Assembly (NCBI GenBank): GCA_964016885.1
Contig: OZ024745.1
Location: 80,104,001 to 80,168,000 of the forward strand
Length of the DNA: 64,000 bases
Direction of reading: 5' to 3'
DNA from: Eledone cirrhosa
Taxonomy: Eukaryota
The translations under genes were made by a program, and so were the position numbers. The notes beneath the pieces were generated by a model. The model searched no databases, was not told where the DNA came from, and saw nothing but the letters and a program-made list of their open reading frames with translations. Shown piece by piece: positions 39,057 to 53,927 of the stretch. Position 1 is the stretch's first letter; the number at the start of each line of letters is the position of its first letter.

Positions 39057-39339
39057 GCATATATATATATACATATATATATACATACATATATACATAT
39101 ACATACATATATATATATGTAAACACATATATATATATATACACATATACATACATATATATATACACATATACATACATATATAAATATATACACATAT
39201 ACATATAAATATATACATATACATACATATACATACATATATATACATATATATATATACACATATATATATACATATATATATACACACATATATATAT
39301 ATACACCTATATATATATATACACATAAATATATATATA

Positions 39340-39375
<36 letters not shown>

Positions 39376-39573
39376 TATATATATACATATATATATATAC
39401 ATATCTACATATATATATATACATATATACATATATATATACATATCTACATATATATATACATATATACATATATATATACATATATATATACATATAT
39501 ATATACATACATATATATATACATATATATATATATACATATATATATACATATATATATACATATATATATA

Positions 39574-40728
39574 TTGTTATACTTGGGGAGGGTCATATTT
39601 GCGTAATATTGCCAGAATTAATAACAGAACACACTCACTGTTTGGTTGGTTTTCGCTTCTCGCTGTCTTTTATATCTGCGATCTAACTTACTCGGTCCTC
39701 AATGTTGCCATTGACTGACTGGCGGTCAAAAATAATACAGATACAATATAGACACAAACACATATATATAGTTTACATAATTTACATAAATCTTTCGTTG
39801 CACATCTGCAACATCGTCAGTGGTGTTATATTCGTTGTTCCTCCTGTTGTGTTGTATGTCTACGCCATTTTTTTTTTTTTTTTTTTTCAGTCTGTCTATA
39901 TATTTATATATTTATTTGCTTCTTTGTTTATCTTATTTTATTTTGTCTTCTTTGCGCATGCGTTTGCGTGTGTGTATAGTGTTATGTGTGATGTCTGACT
40001 AGTGTGTATAGTGTTGTGTCTGCTGGGTGACTAGTGTGTGTTTATGTGCTTGTGTATGTATTTATTTATCTTATTTTATTTTATTTTATTTACTTATTTA
40101 TACTTCTCTTAGGTCAGTGTTGTTTGTTTGGGTGTTGTTGTTGTTCCACTCATTCTTTCTGTTTAGCTTTGGTCTTCTAATTTCTATTTCACTGGCCTCT
40201 CTGATTTGCCTATCTGCTGGGTCATTCCTATGTTTAGATATTATTCTAATTTCTATGTTGTCTATGTTACCGTCATGTCGTTGTCTAGCATGTTCGTATA
40301 GTACTGACCCGTTTTTTCGTCCTTTTAGTTCCCCCCAGTGTTGGTCTATCCTTTCGCCTATGCTACGAGCTGTCTCACCTATGTATGTTGTTGTCATGTT
40401 TCTGCAAGTACCCTCTGTACATCTTATGCTATAGACTACGTTTCTAGTTTTACAGTTTATCCGGGGGTTCACCTTACATATGATACATTTCCTATTAGTA
40501 CAGTGGGTTTTCTTAAAAGGGTAGGTTTTGCTGATCAGGGATTTTATGGTGGTTCCTGGCTTTACTACCACCTTTATTTTTAAGTGGGTCTTTCTCAGGG
40601 CCTTTCTACACTGGTTAGCTAATTTCCCTCCAGGGGTGGCTTCCACAAACATGACACTCTGATATCTCTGGTTGTCGTACCATGATGTGGCCTTCCCTAT
40701 CTTATGTCTAGCCCTATCTAAGCTATTC
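39574..40728 (-). mobile_element. Penelope-like element 3' part: GIY-YIG endonuclease and pseudo-LTR
   Basis: ORF 40098-40652: C-rich linker, NVVYSIRC...[16 protein letters not shown]...R..REA.EI..RPKLNR; hammerhead core at 39793-39820. Confidence 0.88.
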
Positions 40729-40793
40729 CATATATATATACATATATATATATATACATATATATATACATATATATATACATATATATATAC

Positions 40794-40825
<32 letters not shown>

Positions 40826-41363
40826 ATACATATACATATATATATACATATACATATACATATATATATACATATACATATATATATACATATGGTGGCT
40901 GCCAACTCGTTTTCGAGTACGGCCACTACTTTATATCCATGTAGGAGAACCCCTACCGATGCCCTGAACAAGTGTGACTTTTTAGTCCAGCCAGTGACTT
41001 GAAAACTCTGGTACAAACACTACACCTGTGACAATTATTGACACATAGTGCTGGGCCCATGGTACCATGTGACGACAAGTGCAGAGAGATCTCCAGATAT
41101 AAAGCAATGCCTGTGCCGTGAAGCTTTTATAGTGAGCAAAGGCATTGCACAAAGCCAGTCCCACTCTCTTAACCAAGATGATATTTACCAAAAAGAAGAA
41201 CAAGTCAACATCATTGGATACCATCAGGGTTGCAGGTGTTATATCAGAGTTTTCCTTCTCCTAGAATTCTGCCTTGACAAAGGCTAAGGGGTCATCTCTC
41301 CCGGTGATTTTGGATGGCCATTGACTCTTAAGAGCTCCTTTGCCCTTTGACAGGTTTTGTTTT

Positions 41364-41466
41364 TATATATATACATATATACATACATATACATATATAC
41401 ATATATATATACATATACACACATACATACATATACACATATACATATATATATACATATACATAT

Positions 41467-41501
<35 letters not shown>

Positions 41502-41702
41502 TATATACATATACATATACATATATATATACATATACATACACATATACATATACATATACATATATATATACATATATATATACATATACATATACAT
41601 ATATATACATATACATATACATATATATATACATATACATACATACATATATACATATACACACATATACATATACATATATATACATATATATACACAT
41701 AC

Positions 41703-41735
<33 letters not shown>

Positions 41736-41989
41736 CACATATATATATATACATATATATACATATATATATATATATACATACATATATACATATATTC
41801 ATATATATATATATACATATATATACAAATATATATACATATACAAATATATATACATCTATACAAATATATATACATCTATACAAATACATATATACAC
41901 ATATATATATATATAACCAAATATATATATATACATATATATATATACAAAAATATATATATATATACAAATATATATTTTTATATTTG

Positions 41990-42021
<32 letters not shown>

Positions 42022-42033
42022 TATTTGTATATG

Positions 42034-42065
<32 letters not shown>

Positions 42066-42140
42066 CACAAATATATATATATATACAAATATATATATAT
42101 ACAAATATATATATATATACAAATATATATATATATACAA

Positions 42141-42177
<37 letters not shown>

Positions 42178-42348
42178 CATATATATACATATATATATAT
42201 ATACACAAATATATATATATATACAAATATATATATATATACAAATATATATATATATACAAATATATATATATATACAAATATATATATATATACAAAT
42301 ATATATATATACAAATATATATATATATACAAATATATATATATACAA

Positions 42349-42379
<31 letters not shown>

Positions 42380-42382
42380 CAA

Positions 42383-42413
<31 letters not shown>

Positions 42414-43032
42414 CAAACACATATATATACAAATATATATATATACAAATATATATATATACAAATATATATATATATATATATATACAAATATATATAT
42501 ATATATATATATATACAAATATATATATATATATACAAATATATATATATATATATACAAATATATATATACATATATATACAAATATATATATATATAT
42601 ATATATACAAATATATATATATATATATACAAATATATATATACATACATATACAAATATATATATATATATATATACAAATATATATATATATATATAC
42701 AAATATATATATATATACAAATATATATATATATATATATATACAAATATATATATATATATATACAAATATATATATATATATATATACAAATATATAT
42801 ATATACATATACATATATATATACATATACATATATATATACATATACATATATATATACATATACATATATATATACATATACATATATATATACATAT
42901 ACATATATATATATACATATATATATATACATATATACATATATATATATACATATATATATATACATATACATATATACATATACATATACATATATAT
43001 ATATACATATATATATATACATATATATATAC

Positions 43033-43079
<47 letters not shown>

Positions 43080-43152
43080 CATATATATATATACATATAT
43101 ATATATATACATATATATATATACATATATATATATACATATATATATATAC

Positions 43153-43215
<63 letters not shown>

Positions 43216-43230
43216 CATATATATATATAC

Positions 43231-43281
<51 letters not shown>

Positions 43282-43310
43282 CATATATATATATACATAT
43301 ATATATATAC

Positions 43311-43359
<49 letters not shown>

Positions 43360-43392
43360 CATATATATATATATACATATATATATATAAAC

Positions 43393-43439
<47 letters not shown>

Positions 43440-43452
43440 CATATATATATAC

Positions 43453-43503
<51 letters not shown>

Positions 43504-43516
43504 CATATATATATAC

Positions 43517-43547
<31 letters not shown>

Positions 43548-43596
43548 CATATATATATATACATATATATACATATATATATATACATATATATAC

Positions 43597-43641
<45 letters not shown>

Positions 43642-43672
43642 CATATATATATATATACATATATATACATAT

Positions 43673-43729
<57 letters not shown>

Positions 43730-43754
43730 CATATATATATACATATATATATAC

Positions 43755-43817
<63 letters not shown>

Positions 43818-43906
43818 CATATATATATACATATATATATACATTTATATATACATATATATATATATACATATATATATACATATATATATACATTCAT
43901 ATATAC

Positions 43907-43955
<49 letters not shown>

Positions 43956-44020
43956 CATATATATATACATTATATACATATATATATATATATATATACA
44001 TATATATATACATTATATAC

Positions 44021-44058
<38 letters not shown>

Positions 44059-44090
44059 ATACATGTATATATACATATACACATATATAC

Positions 44091-44131
<41 letters not shown>

Positions 44132-44225
44132 TATATATACATATACATGTATATATACATATACGTATAAATACATATACATGTACATATACATATATAT
44201 ATATACATACACACATATATATATA
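41364..44225. repeat. Compound TA/TACA/TACAAA microsatellite of about 2.9 kb, the largest of many between 29 and 61.5 kb
   Basis: Directly visible; others include 32015-32877, 34470-35140, 38743-39573, 55732-56338, 56713-57661, 58036-59120 and 60591-61455. Confidence 0.97.
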
Positions 44226-44816
44226 TTGCGCATGAAAGACGATAGCTGTATAACAAAGTGCAGGGCAATAAAGATAGACGGTAGCCACGGAATAGGCAGA
44301 CCCAGAAAAACCTGGGACGAGCTGATAAATTCCGACCTCACACACTTACACCTCTCCAAGACAATGTCACTGGACCAAGACCTTTGGCGGTACTCAGTAA
44401 TAGAGAAGACCCGCCTTACCTAAATACATAGTAAAACCTACTACAGTCAGTAGGCATCTCTAACAAAATACACCCCCGTCCCACCAACACCACCCCATCC
44501 ACACCGCCCCTTTCTATGTAAAGTTATGTTGGTGCCACACCATCCGGGCCGAAACAAATGAGATCGTGTAGGTGTCACGACAAAAAACACACAGTCCACG
44601 CTGTAATGTGGCCATGTAGGCAACACGGTAAAAACCTCCCAGACCCACACTGTAAATATGGTTGGTGTTAGGAAGGGCATCCAGCTGTAGAAAACCCGCC
44701 AGACAGTCCTATGCGAGCAAGACAATCACTCTTGCCTCAAGTGGGAAAACCCCCGTCCAAACCCATGCAAGCGTGGAACACGGACGTTAAACGTTGATGA
44801 TGATGTTGATGATGAT
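44226..44816 (+). mobile_element. Young RTE LINE 3' fragment
   Basis: RMKDDSC...EKTRLT*, 3' UTR and tail. Confidence 0.9.
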
Positions 44817-45031
44817 ATATTTTCTCAAGAAAAACCACAGACCCTCCATCTCAACTCTACTTTTGAAAAGCAGAAGAACTGCGAAACCGGTAAAGGAACC
44901 AAATAAATATATATATTTTTTTTTAAATAAGACTCCAGTTGCATTTTCGATTTCATCTTTATTTCTTTATACTTTCACTCGTGTAGGACACCTCGGTTAT
45001 TTTTCATTTTGCAAAAAAACCTCACATATAT

Positions 45032-45096
<65 letters not shown>

Positions 45097-45099
<3 letters not shown>

Positions 45100-45282
45100 A
45101 TAATTGTTTCTACTTTTGGCACAAGGCCAGCAAATTACCCAGTGTATTACTGGTACTTTATTTTATCGATCCCGTAAGGATGAAAGGCAAAGTTAACCTC
45201 GGCGGGATTTGAACTCAGAATGGCAAGGGACGTAACTCTATATGTCAAAGCATGGCGTCCGACCCTGTACCGATACTGCCAA
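45097..45282 (-). mobile_element. SINE family A
   Basis: Same head, core and tail; tail abuts (TA)n. Confidence 0.85.
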
Positions 45283-46230
45283 GTAATAATAATGCTTGAT
45301 TGCTTATGGGTAAGTCTCCCATGTAGGATATTTTACTCATGTTACTGAGTTTTACCAGGCCGCTGACATTCAGCAGCAGCACTGGTGTGACTTTTGCGGT
45401 GCCAGTAATGGCTGTCGGTATGACACCTGGTCTGGTGTCAGCAGCGGTCACTCTGGGTCCCTTATGTTTATACCATTACTTATTTGTATAGGTAAGTATA
45501 TATTACCTGTTTGTTTTGTGAAGGTACGTATACTTTCTCGTACGTATATTTGATTGTATATGTAGGTATGTGTGTGCGCTTGTTATATACGTATTTATTT
45601 ATTTATATACATTTATTTAATTATTTGTATACACGCACACACACACATTTATATGTGCGTGTATTTGTATACCTATAGCAAGTGTTTTCGCGTATGCTTG
45701 TGTGTACGTATATGGATGCATGTATGTATTTATTTAATTTCAATTACCTCTGTATTTTATTTACTTTATTCTTAACTCTGAAGCCGAGAATCATTCGATC
45801 TCCTAGTCAGAATTTTAGTCTACGACTTCTGCTATACCATTTACGTGGTTTTGTCTTTGCGTGCAATTGTTCTCCACGCTCCACATATGACATATTATCT
45901 TCGTTTTTTCCTTTCATTGCCAGAGAACGTCTCTATGAACCACCTATTAGAATATTAGTGTACGACTTCTTTTATACCATAAACGTGGTTTTGTCTTTGC
46001 GTGTAATTGTTTTTCACAGCTCCAAATAATGACGTATTATATTCGTTTTTTCCCGTTCTTTGCCAGGGTACGTTTCCACGGACGAAAGTATCGTCTTCCT
46101 GTCTTCTTCCGGTTGCAACGTTTTTTGAAATATTCACTTCTGCGTTCACAGATTGACTTTGTTAGTTTCAGAAGATCCCGTTCAGGGTGAAAGCAGCGAT
46201 TCTTTGCTTAAAATTTAATCTGTTATTTTA

Positions 46231-46272
<42 letters not shown>

Positions 46273-46290
46273 GTATATATATGTATATAT

Positions 46291-46814
46291 AAAGGCTACG
46301 TTGGTATGGTCACGTGATGCGCATGAAAGACGACAGCTGTATAAAAAAGTGCAGGGCAATAAAAATAGACGGTAGCCACGGAGTAGGCAGACCCAGAAAA
46401 ACCTGGGACGACTTAATAAATTCCGACCTCACACACTTACACCTCTCCAAGACAATGTCACTGGACCTTTGGCGGTACTCAGTAATAGAGAAGAGCCGCC
46501 TTACCTAAATACAAAGTAAAAACTACTACAGTCAGTAGGCACCTCTAACAAAATACACCTCTGTCCCACCACCCCCACCCCATCAACACCGCCCCTTTCA
46601 ATGTAAAGTTATGTTGGCGCAACAACATCCAGGCCGAAACAAATGAGGTCGTGTAGGTGTGGTTGGTGTTAGGAAGGGCATCCAGCTGTAGAAAACCCGC
46701 CAGACAGTCCTATGCGAGCAAGACAACCACTCTTGCCTCAAGTGGGAAAACTCCCATCCAAACCCATGCAAGCGTGGAATATGGACGTTAAACGATGATG
46801 ATGATGATGATGAT
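46291..46814 (+). mobile_element. Young RTE LINE 3' fragment
   Basis: As the other copies, with a UTR deletion. Confidence 0.9.
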
Positions 46815-46883
46815 ATATATATGTATATATAAATATATATATATGTATATATATGTATATATGTATATATATACATATATACA

Positions 46884-46917
<34 letters not shown>

Positions 46918-46951
46918 CATAGAATATACATACATGAATATATATATATAT

Positions 46952-48213
46952 ACATAAACTGGAAACATTCTCCCAAACTTGTAGAAAACTTATAATGAAA
47001 CAATTGTTTGGAAAGAGAGATATACTTTAACTTTAATTATATCTCATAAAATAATACAACTGGTTTTTCCACATTATACATATTGTTAGCACCCCAAACA
47101 CTTAAATTGGGTTTATATTTTAATATAACCTAATGTTTGTTGAGTGAGATGGTTACCAGTCAGCGTTTAGCTTTAAACTATCTCTGTTATTGTATTAAAT
47201 ATTTACTCTTGATTGGCCAGAGGTGTTTATTTCCAGGTACCTTATGAATTTGACTTTCCGTATTTATTACTGTTGTGAAATATTGTGGCTTTTTTTGGTT
47301 GTAACTTCTGTTTTTTAGCCTAGGAAAATATATATATATGCCTACGTATATAATTACATGCATATATGTATTTATTTTCTTTTATTAATTGAGTTCTATA
47401 CACGAGGAATTAATATTGGTTTTGAAATAACTAATTAACCCGCATGTGTTTTATATTTTACTCTTAATAATTCGGCCGGAGAATTATATTCCCATTTGCC
47501 CTTTATAGCATAACTTTCTGCATTTACTGCGGTTATGAGAAGCGATTCTTATTCGGGTACAACCTCTGTTTTAGCCTAAGAAAATATCTATATGCATGTG
47601 TAATTTATACAAGCATATATTTATTTTTTTATTTTTTTTATTTTCAATTGAGTTCTTAAACACGTTGGATCGATAATGTTTTCAAAAAAACTAATTAACC
47701 CGCGTGTATATTATTTTTTTTCCTCATTTCGTGGATCGTGGGTTGTCTCCCCTTCCCGCTTCGTGTCGCTATGATACTTCCTCAGTCAAAAACTGCTGGA
47801 ATTTCAAATTTGGCGGTCATTCGAGGTGAGAGAGAGCAACTTTACGGACATGATTTTTGACAGCGGTAAGAAATTGTTTTCTTATATCAATGTTTAATGG
47901 GCTTCCACTAATGATTTATAAGTGCCCACCTAAATATATTCTTACATGAATATATATTAGGCTTCTACATAAACTGGAAACATTCTCCCAAACTTGTAGA
48001 AAACTTATAATGAAACAATTGTTTGGAAAGAGAGATATACTTTAACTTTAATTATATCTCATAAAATAATACAACTGGTTTTTCCACATTATACATATTG
48101 TTAGCACCCCAAACACTTAAATTGGGTTTATATTTTAATATAACCTAATGTTTGTTGAGTGAGATGGTTACCAGTCAGAGTTTAGCTTTAAACTATCTCT
48201 TATTGTATTAAAT
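46952..48213. repeat. About 245-bp direct repeats (46952-47200 and 47967-48213) around a unique core; possibly tandem pseudo-LTR
   Basis: ACATAAACTGGAAACATTCTCCC...TTGTATTAAATA occurs twice; degenerate hammerhead core on the minus strand near 47757-47789. Confidence 0.75.
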
Positions 48214-48944
48214 AATTATATATATACATATATATATACATACATGTCTATATATATATATATATACAGGTTAATATAAATTAATATATTTGATAAACAC
48301 AAATACCAACATATTCATGTTTGTATTGTAAATGACCAAGTTAGCTAGATTGAAATATACTAATAATAATATTACAGTTTGCCTATCTTGACTTATGATA
48401 ATAAATCAACAAAAACAAATCGTGTTGGCAATGGCCGTGGTGCTTGGACAAATTTAAATTACAAAATCAAACCTGTTCCGTAGACAGGTTTAAACCTTAA
48501 AATCCAAATATGTTTTGAATAATGAAAAAGTGGAAGAAATACCGCATTTTGATCTCCTCAGCAAGCACTATAAAAATTGGTATGTTCCACTTCAAAATAT
48601 TTAGAAAGACTGTTTAGCGCACGAGGTAATTTCACGCGGTTATCCAGTGTCTAGCTAGTCTCATACACGTGCTGCTAGAAATAACAGCCGTTTGTATGGG
48701 GCTAAATTCAGCTCAATGAAGGAGCAGTGATAAATCAATAATAATGAGTTCAAATCTCAGGCAGTCTTTTACAATGAAATAGCTAAAGTCATACGAGTTT
48801 TCAAGGAAACACACTTCATCTATTCTCCAGAGAGAATGACTCACGTTCTATGCAAATTAGTCTGCCCACTACTGATTTTCATAGAAAAAGCATATAACGA
48901 TATGTGCTTTTACAATTCTCCAGAGAAGCCGGAAAGATAGGTAT

Positions 48945-48987
48945 ATATTGCTGATGAGATGTAATAACATCGAAACTAGTCCAATAT
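48945..48987 (+). ncRNA. Type-I minimal hammerhead ribozyme
   Basis: ATATTG-CTGATGA-GATGT aata ACATC-GAAA-CTAG-TC-CAATAT; all core bases present; predicted cleavage after GUC (48981). Confidence 0.88.
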
Positions 48988-49235
48988 TCCTGTCTGGCTC
49001 TCTGGTGAATAGAGGAAGTGTGTTTCCTTGAAAACTCGTATGACTTTAAAACCCGGTTCGTCTGTTTGTTTACATACAGACTAGCTGGACACTCACTGTA
49101 AAGTGTCTAGTGAAAAACTCGGTACATGTACATATGTATACATATGTGTATTTATATGCATACTAATACTTCCGTATACATATATAGATGTACACTTTAA
49201 CTTAATTGTTTATACATATATACATATATATATAC

Positions 49236-49266
<31 letters not shown>

Positions 49267-49313
49267 CATATATATATATACATATATATATACATATATA
49301 TATATACATATAC

Positions 49314-49347
<34 letters not shown>

Positions 49348-49367
49348 ATATATATACATATATATAT

Positions 49368-51418
49368 GGACCAGCAGTGTTAGTCGAGGGGAGTATAATA
49401 AGTAAGGCAATCAAGGATATGAAGACGGGTAAGGCGGCTGGGCCTTCGGAAATAGTTGCTGAGATGCTAAAGGCATCTGGCACGGTGGGACACACCATGG
49501 TCACCCGCATAGTTAACCAAGTCGTACAGAATGGGGTTGTTCCGAAGGACTGGCATAGCAGCATCATCGTTAACTGTTATAAGGGTAAAGGAGACGCCCT
49601 AGATAGGAGTAACTATAGAGGCATTAAATTAATCGACCAGGTCATGAAGGTCACGGAAAAAGTAATAGCGCAACTAATCAGAGAGAGAATTGACCTAGAT
49701 GAAATGCAGTTCGGGTTTGTGTCAGGCAAAAGTACCACAGACGCTCTTTTCATTGTACGACAACTACAGGAGAAGTACCTAGCTAAAGGTAAACCCCTCT
49801 ACTTAGCTTTTGTCGACTTGGAGAAAGCCTTCGACAGAGTCCCCCGCTCCATTATCTGGTGGGCTCTTAGAAAACTAGGCGTTGACGAATGGCTTGTGAG
49901 GGCTATACAAGCCATGTATAAAGAAACAGTCAGCAAGGTTAGAATTAACAACGAATATAGTGAAGAGTTTAGCGTAAAAGTTGGCGTCCATCAGGGCTCT
50001 GTTCTCAGCCCCCTACTATTTATTATTGCCCTTCAGGCTATAACAGAGGAGTTCAAGACAGGCTGCCCATAGGAACTCCTATACGCAGACGACCTGACAC
50101 TCATAGCGGAATCAATGGCCGAGCTAGAGAAGAAATTCCAAACATGGAAGCACGGCCTAGAATCAAAAGGCCTTAAAATTAACCTGGCTAAGACAAAAGT
50201 TCTAGTTTATAGGAAAGAAAATAAGGCAGCGGTCCCTTCTGGGAAATGGTCGTGCTCGGTGTGTAGGAAAGGCGTAGGTAGAAACTCCATTTTATGTCCT
50301 AAATGCAAAGTATGGGTGCATAAAAGATGTAGTGGGATCACAGGTAAGCTAACTAAGAACATAGATTTTACATGTGGCCGGTGCTCCGGTGCAATAAGTA
50401 GCAGCAAGTGCCCACAAAATACTAGCTCTTTCAATTGCGCAAAGGGTTCTATAGAAATAGTGGACAGTTTCCGTTATCTGGGTGATAAAATCAGCAGTGG
50501 GGGAGGGTGCTCTGAAAGTACCGTAGCTAGAGTCAGAACTGGTTGGAAAAAGTTCAGAGAGCTTATACCACTATTAGCTGCTAAAGGGTTCTCCCTAAAA
50601 ATGAAAGGCAGGTTGTACGATGCCTGCATACGAACAGCAATGTTGCATGGCAGTGAGACCTGGGCATTGTGTACAGAGGATATACGCAGACTAGAGAGGA
50701 ACGAAGCTTGCATGCTCCGCTGGATGTGTAACAGTAATATACGTGAACGGCAAAGCATAAACGAAATAAGGAAAAAATTAAAAATAAAAGGGATCAGATG
50801 TTGTTTACTCGAGAGAAGGCTACATTGGTATGGACACGTGATGCGCATGAAAGTCGATAGCTGTATAACAAATTGCAGGGCAATAAAGATAGACGGTAGC
50901 CACGGAGTAGGCAGACCGAGAAAAACCTGGGACGAGCTGATAAACTCCGACCTCACACACTTACTCCTCTCCAAGACAATGTCACTGGACCGAGACCTTT
51001 GGCGGTACTCAGTAACAGAGAAGACCCGCCTTACCTAAATACATAGTAAAACATACTACAGCCAGTAGGCATCTCTAACAAAATACCCCCCACCCCCGTC
51101 CCACCACCCCCACCCCGTTCTATGTAAAGTTGTGTTGGTGCCACACCATCCAGGCCGAAACAAATGAGATCGTGTAGGTGTCACGACAAAAAAACACACA
51201 GTCCACGCTGTAAATATGGCCGTATAGGCAACACGGTAAAAACCTCCCAGACCCACACTGTAAATGTGGTTGGTGTTAGGAAGGGCATCCAACTGTAGAA
51301 AACCTGCCAGACAGTCCTATGCGAGCAAGACAATCACTCTTGCCTCAAGTGGGACTACCCCCGTCCAAACCCATGCAAGCGTGGAACACGGACGTTAAAC
51401 GTTGATGATGATGATGAT
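49368..51418 (+). mobile_element. Young RTE LINE, 5'-truncated, one nonsense change (TGG to TAG at 50070-50072)
   Basis: Complete RT, PHD and C-terminus; (GAT)n tail. A UTR-only copy lies at 52253-52555. Confidence 0.95.
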
Positions 51419-51432
51419 ATATATATATACAC

Positions 51433-51536
<104 letters not shown>

Positions 51537-51550
51537 ATATACATATATAC

Positions 51551-51609
<59 letters not shown>

Positions 51610-51610
51610 C

Positions 51611-51743
<133 letters not shown>

Positions 51744-51783
51744 CATATATATAAGATCAAAAGATGGTTAAAAGAGTTCCATG

Positions 51784-51854
51784 TATTTTATTATGCGCAT
51801 TTCAAAAACAAATATCATCATGCAATAACATTTGCGTTTTCATCAGATAAAATA
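51784..51854 (-). ncRNA. Type-I hammerhead, same family as 53208
   Basis: TATTTTAT-CTGATGA-...-GAAA-TGCGCA-TA-ATAAAATA; compensatory change in stem I relative to 53208. Confidence 0.8.
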
Positions 51855-52039
51855 GGAAGACATGATATGAAGGTTAAAAAACACTTGTGAATAGTGCAGT
51901 TTTAAATCAACAGATTTTTGATCTTTTGATCTTATATATTATGTATACTCCAGTCCTACAAACTGTAGAGTGCTTCTTATCCGATATTTGCATTGCTTTA
52001 TTGTACTACAATAAAACTCACCTCCTACATATATATACA

Positions 52040-52072
<33 letters not shown>

Positions 52073-52117
52073 GTATACATCTATACATATATATATATAT
52101 ATATATACATCTATACA

Positions 52118-52189
<72 letters not shown>

Positions 52190-52216
52190 CATACATATAT
52201 ATATATACATCTATAC

Positions 52217-52249
<33 letters not shown>

Positions 52250-52565
52250 CATATGTAAAGTTATGTTGGTGCCGCGCCATCCAGGCCGAAACAAATGAGA
52301 TCGTGTAGGTGTCACGACAAAAAAAACACACAGTCCACGCTGTAATGTGGCCGTGTAGGCAACACGGTAAAAACCTCCCAGACCCACACTGTAAATGTGG
52401 TTGGTGTTAGGAAGGGCATCCAACTGTAGAAAACCTGCCAGACAGTCCTATGCGAGCAAGAGAATCACTCTTGCCTCAAGTGGGACTACCCCCGTCCAAA
52501 CCCATGCAAGCGTGGAACACGGACGTTAAACGTTGATGATGATGATGATGATGATATATATATAC

Positions 52566-52620
<55 letters not shown>

Positions 52621-52710
52621 TATATACATCTATACATATATAGTTGTAATAAAATGAAAATGAAATTTCATTTCTCACTCTTAGTACGGCACATACATAC
52701 TTACATATAC

Positions 52711-52745
<35 letters not shown>

Positions 52746-52980
52746 CATCTATATATATATATACATATATATATATATACATCTATACATATATATATAT
52801 ATACATCTATACATATATATATATATACATCTATACATATATATACATCTATACATATATATACATCTATACATATATATATATATATATATATGTAGGA
52901 GGTGAGTTTTATTGTAGTACAATAAAGCAATGCAGATATCGGATAAGAAGCACTCTACAGTTTGTAGGACTGGAGTATGC

Positions 52981-53316
52981 ATAATATAAGATCAAAAGAT
53001 GGTTAAAGGAGTTCCATATGTTTTATTATGCGCATTTCAAAAACAAACATCATCATGCAATAATATTTGTGTTTTCATCAGATAAAACAGGAGAACATGA
53101 TATGAAGGCTAAAAAACACTTGTGGATAGTGCAGTTTTAAATCAACATATGTTGATTTAAAACTGCACTATCCACAAGTGTTTTTTAGCCTTCATATCAT
53201 GTTCTCCTGTTTTATCTGATGAAAACACAAATATTATTGCATGATGATGTTTGTTTTTGAAATGCGCATAATAAAACATATGGAACTCCTTTAACCATCT
53301 TTTGATCTTATATTAT
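52981..53316. repeat. Perfect spacer-less palindrome (2 x 168 bp)
   Basis: Centre CAACAT|ATGTTG at 53148/53149; the arms read as exact reverse complements by eye. Confidence 0.9.
53208..53278 (+). ncRNA. Type-I hammerhead (mirror copy at 53019-53089 on the minus strand)
   Basis: TGTTTTAT-CTGATGA-[stem II CAAATATTATT/GATGATGTTTG]-GAAA-TGCGCA-TA-ATAAAACA. Confidence 0.8.
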
Positions 53317-53353
53317 ATATATATATATATATACATATATATACATCTATACA

Positions 53354-53445
<92 letters not shown>

Positions 53446-53474
53446 CATATATATATATACATATATATATATAC

Positions 53475-53519
<45 letters not shown>

Positions 53520-53548
53520 CATATATATATATACTTATATATATATAC

Positions 53549-53579
<31 letters not shown>

Positions 53580-53580
53580 C

Positions 53581-53661
<81 letters not shown>

Positions 53662-53664
53662 CAT

Positions 53665-53695
<31 letters not shown>

Positions 53696-53927
53696 CATAT
53701 ATACATATATATATATATACATATATTCATATATATATATACATATATATATGTACATATATATATATACATATATACATATACATATACATATATACAT
53801 ATATATATATACATATACATATATGCATATATACATATATATATACATATATGCATATATATATACATATATGCATATATATATACATATATATATACAT
53901 ATATGCATATATATATGTACATATATA

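Noticed and set aside
41284-44423. Very long ORFs (up to 1027 aa) rich in Y/I/H/T/M/C/V, here and throughout 29-61 kb
   Set aside because: They are translations of stop-free TA/CA microsatellites, open in several frames on both strands.
48400-48700. Possible IAP promoter or first non-coding exon in unique sequence
   Set aside because: No diagnostic motif strong enough; the transcription start cannot be placed without RNA data.
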